Shown here piece after piece: positions 10,992 to 21,743 of a stretch of DNA of 64,000 bases. The translations under genes and the position numbers were made by a program. Source of the DNA: Macrostomum lignano (taxonomy: Eukaryota); assembly GCA_002269645.1 (NCBI GenBank), contig NIVC01000526.1, forward strand, positions 6,057-70,056, read 5' to 3'. Within the stretch, counting starts at the first letter, position 1, and every line of letters starts with the position of its first letter. A model generated the notes under the pieces. It ran no database searches. It was not told where the DNA came from and worked only from the letters and a program-made list of their open reading frames with translations.

Positions 10992-13900
10992 TCACAACTG
11001 CCTAAGCAGCCAGGCGGTTAGTAAAACCAGTTGCCATAGTAACAGGCCGCGCTTGTCCGGACGGCTCTGATTAGCCAAGTTCTCGCCATCTTTCTGCTGA
11101 TGCCCGCCAGGACGCGGCGGCTGCGGCGGCTGCGGCGGCTGGACTGTCGAGCTGGGAATCGCCACCTCGCTGACCAGCGTCACTGTGGAGTTGACGGACC
11201 CGTCAGTGCCGGCGGCTGTCGCTGAGCAGGTGAGCCGCATTCTGCGATTCAGCATCTGCGACTGGTGGACGAGCAGCACCAGTCGGCTGGTGGGGCGCTG
11301 CTGAATGCCGATGGACGAAGCCGATTGAAAGCGCGGCGCGCCGGCCTGCTTCAACAGGTCATCCTGCCAGAGCCATCGAAGTGTCGGCGCGGGATCGCCG
11401 TCGGAGCTGCAGATGAGCTGGGCCGTGGACCCGGCTGGCAGCTGGTGCTGCTGCACATCCGAAAGTGGATCCGCCTGCAGGTTATTGAAGTTTTATCTTT
11501 ACTAAAGTGGTGCCATTCGCCAGGGGTTAGCGAAATGGGCGGCAACGCCTCCTCGCTGTTTCCCGACGCACGGAGTCCCCTGTAGCTAAGTCAAGTAAGT
11601 CAAAGTGGTGCCATACTAATAGTAGATACCTAATGTGGGTGGCGCCATCGATACCTAATGGGTGGCGCCATCGATACCTTATGTGGGTGGTGCCATCGAT
11701 ACCTAATGGGTGGCGCCATCGATACCTTATGTGGGTGGCGCCATCGATACCTAATGGGTGGCGCCATCGATACCTTATGTGGGTGGTGCCATCGATACCT
11801 AATGGGTGGCGCCATCGATACCTTATGTGGGTGGTGCCATCGATACCTTATGTGGGTGGCGCCATCGATACCTTATGTGGGTGGCGCCATCGATACCTAA
11901 TGGGTGGCGCCATCGATACCTTATGTGGGTGGCGCCATCGATACCTAATGTGGGTGGCGCCATCGATACCTAATGGGTGGCGCCATCGATACCTTATGTG
12001 GGTGGCGCCATCGATACCTTATGTGGGTGGCGCCATCGATACCTAATGTGGGTGGCGCCATCGATACCTAATGGGTGGCGCCATCGATACCTTATGTGGG
12101 TGGTGCCATCGATACCTAATGTGGGTGGCGCCATCGATACCTTATGTGGGTGGCGCCATCGATACCTTATGTGGGTGGCGCCATCGATACCTTATGTGGG
12201 CGGCGCCATCGATACCATATGTGGGTGGCGCCATCGATACCTAATGGGTGGCGCCATCGATACCTTATGTGGGTGGCGCCATCGATACCTTATGTGGGCG
12301 GCGCCATCGATACCATATGTGGGTGGCGCCATCGATACCTAATGGGTGGCGCCATCGATACCTTATGTGGGTGGAGCCATCGATACCTAATGTGGGTGGT
12401 GCCATCGATACCTAATGGGTGGCGCCATCGATACCTTATGTGGGTGGCGCCATCGATACCTAATGGGTGGCGCCATCGATACCTTATGTGGGTGGCGCCA
12501 TCGATACCTAATGTGGGTGGCGCCATCGATACCTAATGGGTGGCGCCATCGATACCTTATGTGGGTGGCGCCATCGATACCTTATGTGGGTGGCGCCATC
12601 GATACCTTATGTGGGTGGTGCCATCGATACCTAATGTGGGTGGCGCCATCGATACCTTATGTGGGTGGCGCCATCGATACCTTATGTGGGCGGCGCCATC
12701 GATACCATATGTGGGTGGCGCCATCGATACCTAATGGGTGGCGCCATCGATACCTTATGTGGGCGGCGCCATCGATACCTTATGTGGGTGGCGCCATCGA
12801 TACCTTATGTGGGTGGCGCCATCGATACCTTATGTGGGTGGCGCCATCGATACCTTATGTGGGCGGCGCCATCGATACCATATGTGGGTGGCGCCATCGA
12901 TACCTAATGGGTGGCGCCATCGATACCTTATGTGGGCGGCGCCATCGATACCTTATGTGGGTGGCGCCATCGATACCTTATGTGGGTGGCGCCATCGATA
13001 CCTAATGTGGGTGGCGCCATCGATACCTAATGGGTGGCGCCATCGATACCTAATGTGGGTGGCGCCATCGATACCTTATGTGGGTGGCGCCATCGATACC
13101 TTATGTGGGTGGCGCCATCGATACCTTATGTGGGTGGCGCCATCGATACCATATGTGGGTGGCGCCATCGATACCTTATGTGGGTGGCGCCATCGATACC
13201 TTATGTGGGTGGCGCCATCGATACCTTATGTGGGTGGCGCCATCGATACCTAGTGTAGGTAGCGCCCCGATACCTAATGCGCGTGGCGCCATCGACTCCG
13301 CAAGTGGCGGAAGTAGATCTTGCAGAGATGTCAATGGCATTCGTTAATTACTACAAGGGAGGCAATATTCATATCATAGTGAACTCATTAAGCGAAATCT
13401 TTCAACAGCGTCAACTCCCTCTAGACTGATGTGCAATCAGTCTAAAGTTGGCAGGCTTACATGTAGGCCTCTGACTGCCAGCCTCTCCCACCACAGCCAT
13501 TAAGGGAATTCCAGATCGTAGGGTTCATTTCCTCCAGTTTCCATCATCATTAAACCGAGAGGGAACTCGAGTCGTCAAGAAAACGTGACCAGCTGTTGGC
13601 TGCATGATTCTCCGCCCTCTTAGCGCCATCATCGAGGCGCTCAGGGACCTCAAAGGCTGCAGCTACTGTTATACATAGTGCAGCATTATACTCTGGCATG
13701 ACTGACTCACTGATGAAGATGATGAGTAGTGCTAGCTAAGGAAAAGTAGAAAGAGCTTGACTACAAGTAATTTTCTACGTTTTTATTCTCCGCATCTTTT
13801 CATCGTCGGAGCGGCCCGGCTCAGCCTCAAATCATCATCAACTCGAATATTCGCGTGCAAGCCTCAAGCCGATCCCTCTTGGCCTGCCTCCATCATTTCG

Positions 13901-16178
13901 AGTGCCGAACTCCTAGCCTTTTAGCCTTAATATTTCTTCTAAAATTATTCTCAATCCAGATTATGTCCGATCCGAGCTGAAAGCTGAAACTGAACTTAGA
14001 AATTATGGCTCACAAGCTCGAAATTATGGCTCACAAGCTCGAATTATGGCTGACTCTCCCACTGTCCTCTGACTCCCCCACTGTCCTCTGACTCCCCCAC
14101 TGTCCTCTGACTCCCCCACTGTCCTCTGACTCCCGCAATGTCCTTTGACTCCCCACTGTCCTTTGACCCCTCTCCCCACTGACCTCTGACTGATAAACTG
14201 CTCGAAATAAAGGCTCACAAGCTCGAATTATGGCTCACAAGCTCGAATTAAGGCTCACAAGCTCGAATTATGGCTCACAAGCTCGAATTATGGCTCACAA
14301 GCTCGAAATTAAGGCTCACAAGCTCGAACTTATGGCTCACAAGTTCGAATTATGGCTCACAAGCTCGAATTATGGCTCACAAGCTCGAAATTAAGGCTCA
14401 CAAGCTCGAAATTTCACAAGCTCGAAATTAAGGCTCATAAGCTTGAATTATGGCTCACAAGCTCGAATTAAAGCTCACAAGCTCGAATTATGGCTCACAA
14501 GCTCGAATTTAAGTTCAAAAGCTCGAAATTTCACAAGCTCGAAATTCTAAAAGTTCAAAATTTCATATCATCGAAAAGCCTTGATTAGCCACTTCCGTCA
14601 GCTAGCAGCGCGAACAATTTGAAAGTACACTCTGGGACTCTTCGCTAATGCAATTTTTCTATTTATTTTGCATAATATCCAATACACTAAAAATATCTTT
14701 CAAAAGCTATTGGTAGCATCTGACAAGAACGAATGACTTTCGGAAGCGCCAAGAAGCCCGGATTCCAGGCTCAGCTCAGCATGCTGAGAGAACCCATTCT
14801 TCTTCTTCTTTAAATTTGCCTGGAATTTCCCGATGAAGCGGGAGGGGAAGCTGGACGAAGCTTTTTCTTTTCCTCTATACTCCGCAATTTCTCCCTTTTC
14901 CGGCCGGAGTACCCCCGTGTCAAATCAGCAGTGAGGATTCTTCTTAGATCCAGCCGCGGAGGGACTTCTATACTGTAGCTGACCGGCCAGTGTCTTCATC
15001 AATCTAACGATTCTGCTTCCGCAAAAACTTTACCTTTGTTGTCTTGGTTAATTTGGTGTCTTGCACTTTCATGCCCCATAGTTGAGATTTTCTAAATTAT
15101 CGTAGACGGCAGGAGCAACTATACCTGTGTGTTAAAAGCAACATTCCTCGCCATCTAGTTAGTAAAACTTTAGACTGCATTTTGTCGTTGCTCACCCCAT
15201 TGCCAACTGGTTGAAAGTTCAACATATCGAAGGTTGGCTTCTTCGACTTTGACACGGCAATGTGCACCTGGATGCTGGGCTTTGAGGGCGGCAGGCAAAG
15301 CAGCTGGTGCGGCTGCGCCCAAATCAGCAGCTTCCCGCCCAGCTCACCGCCGCTGGCGCACAGGACATTCTTCGGCAGGCTATTGTGCAGCACAGCGCTG
15401 TCAAATATCCAGCTCAGCTCGCAGTTGCAGTGCACCGGGTTGTCGGCCAGGTACACGTGGCCTTTGAATCTGTCCCGGTACAGCAGCGCTAGCATCGCCG
15501 GCTTCAGCTCGCTGCCCAGCCGGCGGATCTGATTGGAGCCGACATCCAGCTGGGTGAGGCGCTTCAGGGCCAGCAGCGGCTCGGCCGGCAGCTCCTTGAT
15601 GACGTTGTTGGCCAGCAGCAGCTCCTGTAGCGCCGGGAAGGCGGTCTCAACGCCCAGAGGGAATCGCTGCAGGCCGGCGTGGTTCAACTCGAGCGCCTGC
15701 GGCCGCCAGTTCGGCCGCAACCCGGCGAAGCTGAGTTCGCCAGGCCAGCCAACCGGATTGTAGCTGAGCAGCAGCCGTGACGCGCTGACGCCTTCAAGGA
15801 AGCCGAAGTCTGTCAGCTGGTTGTTGGACAAGTTCAGCTCCTCCAGAGAGCTCGTGTTGTTGAAGGCGCCAGCCGGCAGGCGCAGCGGTCCTGCGAGGCT
15901 GGCGCGGTTGTTGAAGCTCAACTTGTGAAGGCGGCCTGCGATAGGCGCGATCAGGTCCAGCAGGCCGGCGCCGTCCAGGCCGGTGCCGGTCAGACGCAGG
16001 TCGGACACGATCGTGTTGGCCAGCGGCCGGCCAGACTGGCGGGAGTAGTGAGGAGTCTGGGTCAACCACAGCGTCCGCAGGCTGGGACTGTCGCGGAACA
16101 GGCGCGGCGGCAGGGTGGCGAAGGGCAGATTTCCTGCAGGCGGTGGATGGGGCAACTTTTAGTAGTAGTAGTAGTAGC

Positions 16179-16215
<37 letters not shown>

Positions 16216-17449
16216 ATAGGTAGTAGTAAGTAGAAGAATTTTGGTTAAAAATCGATCTTTGCAGCATACAATAGGCAAACCCTGAGCAAATAAAACCTTA
16301 GCTAAAAAGTACAACTTCAACTTTGTCCTAGATAATATATACTATATACAGAATTCAGAACAATAAAAAAATAGAAATAGCCTACTGAGAATGACGCTGC
16401 TGAGCAGTGGCAGGTAGGCAAACAGTTCGTCTGGCAGCTCGACAATGGGGCAGTTGTGCACCGAAATCTCCCTGGCGTCCAACAGGTGGCGAAACGCGTC
16501 CGGCCTGAGTGACAATGGGATGGAGGAGCCTCGCTGCGGTGCGCATAGCACGACCAGGCTGGCGGTCCACAGGGGCACCTGTTTGACTGGCAGCGGCGGG
16601 ATTGGTGGCTTGCCAGGCTGTTCTACAGACACTCAGTCACTCCACTGATCACTCAGTCACTCCACTGATCACTTAGTCACTCCACTGATCACTCAGTCAC
16701 TTCACTGAATCATCCAGTCACTCCACTGACCACTCAGTCACTTCACTGATCACTCAGTCCCTTCACTGATCACTCAGTCACTTCACTGTATCATCCAGTC
16801 ACTTCTCTGAATCACCCAGTCACTCCCCTGAATCACCCAGTCACTCCACTGATCACTTAGTCACTCCACTGATCACTCAGTCACTTCACTGAATCATCCA
16901 GTCACTCCACTGATCACTCAGTCACTTCACTGATCACTCAGTCCCTTCACTGATCACTCAGTCACTTCACTGTATCATCCAGTCACTTCTCTGAATCACC
17001 CAGTCACTCCCCTGAATCACCCAGTCACTCCACTGATCACTCAGTCACTCCACTGATCACTCAGTCACTCCACTGATCACTCAGTCACTTCACTGAATCA
17101 CCCAGTCACTCCCCTGAATCACTCAGTCACTTCACTGATCACCCAGTCACTCCCCTGAATCACCCAGTCACTCCCCTGAATCACTCAGTCACTCCACTGA
17201 ATCACTCAGTCACTCCACTGAATCACTCAGTCACTCCACTGAATCACTCATTTACTCACTAAAGCTGTTGAACTCCTGACCATTAGGATTGCACTGCACA
17301 TGCTTGCTGTCCCAGGAACAGTAGCACTGGCTGGGACAGGGCGAGCTGTCTCCGGTTGTCAATGGCAACACCGTGTAGTTCAGAGCAGCAACCAAAGCCG
17401 GACAGGTGGCCAAAATCAGAGCAGTTGAGATGTGCCAGAAGCAGGACAT
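10992..17449 (-). CDS. Leucine-rich repeat plus Ig-domain cell-surface protein, probably GPI-anchored; join(17260..17449,16386..16622,15268..16133,10992..11474), ~591 aa
   Basis: Signal peptide MSCFWHISTALILATCPALVAA (upstream in-frame ATG at 17479); LRRNT CPSQCYC; LRRs (LEELNLSNNQLTDF, LQELLLANNVIKELP, LTQLDVGSNQIRRL); LRRCT LADNPVHCNCELSWI; Ig domain AQLICSSDGDPAPTLRW...LTCSAT; hydrophobic C-terminus GLLLWQLVLLTAWLL followed by a stop. Exon phases 1/1/0 are consistent. An alternative exon 3 donor would end the exon at 15196. Confidence 0.88.
11628..13290 (+). repeat. 23/25-bp CpG-rich minisatellite in LRR-Ig intron 3
   Basis: Units tatgtgggtggcgccatcgatacct (25 bp) and aatgggtggcgccatcgatacct (23 bp) interleaved. 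Confidence 0.95.
14002..14560 (+). repeat. ~21-bp repeat (attatggctcacaagctcga) interrupted by a second repeat (ctgactcccccactgtcct)
   Basis: Outer array 14002-14050 and 14200-14560; inner array ~14050-14190. Confidence 0.85.
16160..16228 (+). repeat. (TAG)n microsatellite in LRR-Ig intron 2
   Basis: tagtagtag run, directly visible. Confidence 0.9.
16630..17250 (+). repeat. ~20-bp minisatellite filling LRR-Ig intron 1
   Basis: Unit actcagtcactccactgatc with variants, occupying almost the whole intron 16623..17259. Confidence 0.9.
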
Positions 17450-17488
17450 TATCTGAGTAGATTTGAATATCATAAGCATGCTGAGTCA

Positions 17489-18006
17489 CTTGAGGGGCGA
17501 TTTGGGGGGTGATTTGAGGGGTGATTTGAGGGGTGATTTAAGGGGTGATTTGAGGGGTGATTTGATGGGTGATTTGAGGGGCGATTTGAGGGGTGATTTG
17601 ATGGGTGATTTGAGGGGCGATTTGAGGGGTGATTTGAGGGATGATTCGAGGAGTGATTTAAGGGGTGATTTGAGGGGTGATTTGATGGGTGATTAGAGAG
17701 GTGATTTGAGGGGTGATTTGAGGGGTGATTTGATGGGTGATTTGAAGGGCGATTTGAGGGGTGATTAGAGAGGTGATTTGAGGGGTGATTTGAGGGGCGA
17801 TTTGAGGGGTGATTTGAGGGGCGATTTGAGGGGCGATTTGAGGGATGATTTGAGGGGTGATTTGAGGGGCGATTTGAAGGGCGATTTGAGGAGTGATTTG
17901 AGGGGTGATTTGAGGGATGATTTGAGGAGCGATTTTAGAGTTGATTTGAGGGGTGATTTGACGGACGATTTGAAGGTTGATTTAAGGGTTTATTTAAGGG
18001 GCGATT
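17489..18006 (+). repeat. 12-bp satellite gatttgaggggt (left part; resumes at 20082..20200)
   Basis: The same unit lies on both sides of the foldback element 18007..20081. Confidence 0.9.
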
Positions 18007-20081
18007 GGGTCTACGACGTTTGCCAGCCGACGTTTGCCTGCGGGACGTTTGCCAGCCGACGTTTGCCAGCCGACGTTTGCCTGCGGGACGTTTGCCAGCC
18101 GACGTTTGCCTGCGAGAGTTTTGCCAGCCGATGTTTGCCAGCCGACGTTTGCCTGCGAGACTTTTGCCAGCCGACGTTTGCCAGCCGACGTTTGCCTGCG
18201 AGACTTTTGCCAGCCGACGTTTGCCAGCCGACGTTTGCCTGCGGGACGTTTGCCAGCCGACGTTTGCCAGCCGACGTTTGCCAGCCGAAATTTGCCTGCG
18301 AGAGTTTTGCCAGCCGATGTTTGCCAGCCGACGTTTGCCTGCGAGACTTTTGCCAGCCGACGTTTGCCAGCCGACGTTTGCCTGCGAGACTTTTGCCAGC
18401 CGACGTTTGCCAGCCGACGTTTGCCAGCCGACGTTTGCCTGCGAGACTTTTGCCAGCCGACGTTTGCCAGCCGACGTTTGCCTGCGAGACTTTTGCCAGC
18501 CGACGTTTGCCAACCGACGTTTGCCTGCCGGACATTTGCAGGCGGCAATTGGTTAAAGAATTATGCCCTCTCTAGGCTTACATGTACTTGCATTTGAAAA
18601 CTGTGGACACAGCACAGGACACAGGAATCTAATTCCAGCTCGCTCCCTACTACTGCTATTAAATATACAGGTTACTAACAAACTACTGTTCAGGCTTATT
18701 GAAGTTATTGCTCTTTTCTGCCTAAATAGGAAGGTAAAAATACAAAATAGGAGTTTCCATCGTCACAGTTGATGTCCATGTATGCCATGGAATGGCCCTT
18801 TCCATCTCAGTGGCCAAACAAGCTAAGTATTTACAAGCTAAATGGGAAAATACTGAGAAATCCACAATGGTATTGGCCTATAGTCTCGCCTATATTACTT
18901 AACTCAAAAGCCAAACTCTGCTTAACGGAGTTTGGCCATGACAGCGTGCACTTGACAAGCTGCATTGGAATTAATTCGCTTACTTTTGGATCTCCCAATG
19001 AACTGGGAAATATATAAGCCAGAATTATCGTTCAGCAGGTCTTTTGTTTGCTCAAAACTTGGCTCGCTGGAGATTCCCGAATAAATTTGCGTGTCTTCAT
19101 TCGCAAATCAGAAATCAAACATCTCAAACTGGGAAAAGCGATACAAAACTGTCAGAAGTAAACTTTATAATATTTTCACATTCAAAGAAATTGTTGTTAA
19201 ACTAGATGCTAGATTGATGAACTGCATAATTTGTATAGATTTTGTTTTCGAACTTTTATGCATGCGAATAACCGTCAAAAAGTTGGACTAAAAAAACTTT
19301 TTTTCAATCCGCTAAAGTGCGAATATTTCAGTATCAAATTTTTCACTCACTGACTTAATGTTGGCTGGCAAACGTCGGCAGGCAAACGTCGGCTGGCAAA
19401 CGTCGGCTGGCAAACGTCGGCCGGCAAACGTCCCGCAGGCAAACGTCGGCTGGCAAACGTCGGCAGGCAAACGTCGGCTGGCAAACGTCGGCTGGCAAAC
19501 GTCGGCTGGCAAACGTCCCGCAGGCAAACGTCGGCTGGCAAACGTCGGCTGGCAAACGTCCCGCAGGCAAAACGTCGGCTGGCAAACGTCCCGCAGGCAA
19601 AAGTCTCGCAGGCAAACGTCGGCTGGCAAACGTCCCGCAGGCAAAACGTCGGCTGGCAAACGTCCCGCAGGCAAAAGTCTCGCAGGCAAATGTCGGCTGG
19701 CAAACGTCTCGCAGGCAAACGTCGGCTGGAAAACGTCCCGCAGGCAAACGTCGGCTGGCAAACGTCGGCTGGCAAACGTCCCGCAGGCAAAACGTCGGCT
19801 GGCAAACGTCCCGCAGGCAAAACGTCGGCTGGCAAACGTCCCGCAGGCAAAAGTCTCGCAGGCAAACGTCGGCTGGCAAACGTCCCGCAGGCAAAACGTC
19901 GGCTGGCAAACGTCGGCTGGCAAACGTCCCGCAGGCAAAACGTCGGCTGGCAAACGTCGGCTGGCAAACGTCGGCTGGCAAACGTCGGCTGGCAAACGTC
20001 CCGCAGGCAAACGTCGGCTGGCAAACGTCCCGCAGGCAAACGTCGGCTGGCAAACGTCCCGCTGGCAAACGTCGCTATCCC
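18007..20081. mobile_element. Foldback-type (Mutator/FB-like) non-autonomous transposon with tandem-repeat TIR arms and a 9-bp TSD
   Basis: Left arm (gacgtttgccagcc)n at 18014-18535 and right arm (ggctggcaaacgtc)n at 19360-20074 are inverted. Termini GGG...CCC; flanks ggggcgatt at 17998-18006 and 20082-20090; ~0.8-kb AT-rich core. Confidence 0.75.
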
Positions 20082-20839
20082 GGGGCGATTTAAGGGGCTA
20101 TTTGAGGGGTGATTTGATGGGTGATTTGAGGGGTGATTAGAGAGGTGATTTGAGGGGTGATTTGAGGGGGTGATTTGAGGAGGATCTGGGGGGTGATTTC
20201 ACTGAGATAATGTTTAATATTATTGCTTAGCATCAAGGTTCTAGAATCGGTAACGGAACCCGATGACTGCAGACCCGGCCGGACAGACAGTGTTACGTAG
20301 ATTGTTCAACAGCGGCTGAGAAAAAACGGTTGCAAAGTTTTGACGCTATAGCGTTCGGTGTTCCTCTAAGCATGCGCACAGTTCAGCCAGTGCTGCTGTC
20401 TCTGCCCCTGTCATTAATCAATATTTAGCATTTTTACAGCTCAGTGTTAACTATACACAGACTGGAACGCTGCAGGTTACCCACCCCCACCCCCTCTAGC
20501 GATCCGCTCTCTCTGACTCTGACCAACTCACAGGTCCGGGTGCCGACAAAGGCTTAGTTAGGGGAGGGGCAGCAAGGCGCTTCACCTCTCACGCGATCGG
20601 GCCCTTCAATGCGACTCACATTGGCATGATTGATAATTACCCTACGACTGCTCTTTGCTGAAATGCACCGGGCCGCCAGCCTCCGGGATCCTCAGTTGCT
20701 TGAGCCTTAGTTTGAGGGTTTGCAGAGGGGAGGAGGCAAGCAAGTCATGCTAATATTAGGAGGATGGACAATCAGAAAGTTCTCTATCACTTTCCTGATC
20801 AGAGACAAAAAATGAACACTGTTAATCGTCCTCTCAACA

Positions 20840-21400
20840 AAGTTCCCACGCAAAGTGACGCGCACTTGACCCCTTCGCAGCGAGTCTGGCGAATGAGCAG
20901 AGTGAGGGAGCTGCTCGAACCTCAGCTCGCGGCAGGCAGTTGTCATGGAGCAGTCGGATGGCCCTGGTGACCTTGTCACGCCTCTTGTCCTTGATTGCTT
21001 CCTTCAGCTGGCGCAATGTATTGTAGCAACGTAGGACTCTCCCGTGACCCGTCTGCTTCTCAGGCAACCACTCGATCAGCAGCACCCTTTGATGATTCCA
21101 GAAGATGGTAACCATCCGATTCTTCATTGACGGCACGATTGCACGCTGAATCTCAGGATCGAGTTTTGGCACCCATCTGGCAAAAACCTTCGACATTCCC
21201 AGCTGGACCGTCAGGATGGACTGCGCGCTGCCATAACTGATGCCACAGGCCTCTGCTTTCTCAGCAACAGTCACTCATTTGTCCTCGTCAAGGAGGTTCT
21301 ATACGTTGTCGATGACACTCTGGCTGGTGGAGGTCCTGGGTCTGCCACTGCGAGGTTCGTCTTCGAAGTCACCTATTTGTGACACGACTTTGCTCATAAT
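20840..21400 (-). pseudogene. Decayed mariner-family transposase
   Basis: FEDEPRSGRP, TVAEKAEACGISYGSAQSILTVQLGMSKVFARWVP, MVTIFWNHQRVLLIEWLP, LKEAIKDKRR...LLHDN, EQLPHSAHSPD. Stops, frameshifts and loss of the first catalytic Asp region. Confidence 0.85.
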
Positions 21401-21743
21401 GGATGCACGAATGGCTTCGCTTGAAACTGACACAGTCGCTCAAGGGTGGTGAAGAAACAGCAATGCTGCAGATTCTCGTGTGCTCAATCAGATGTTATTA
21501 CTGGTCAAGTGCAGTGTGTGAGCCAACCATGGCTGCACTCTTGGCAACCGTGATTGACATCTACGCCTGACTCCGTGATTCTCTGCAGTACCATGGAACC
21601 CCAGGTCCTCTGTGGATTGATTTTGTCAAGTGGACAAAATTTTTCTCTAAATTAACCTGCTCTGCGTCTTAAATTCAATGCTCTGTGCCATAGACGGTGT
21701 TTTTACCATAGACGAAAGTAAAAACATTGGTTGAATAGAATTT

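Noticed and set aside
11630-13347. Cluster of WRHRYLM/GGAIDT ORFs
   Set aside because: Frames of the 23/25-bp intronic satellite.
17463-20140. GDLR- and CQPTFASRRLPAD-repeat ORFs
   Set aside because: Products of the 12-bp satellite and the 14-bp foldback arms; open on both strands.
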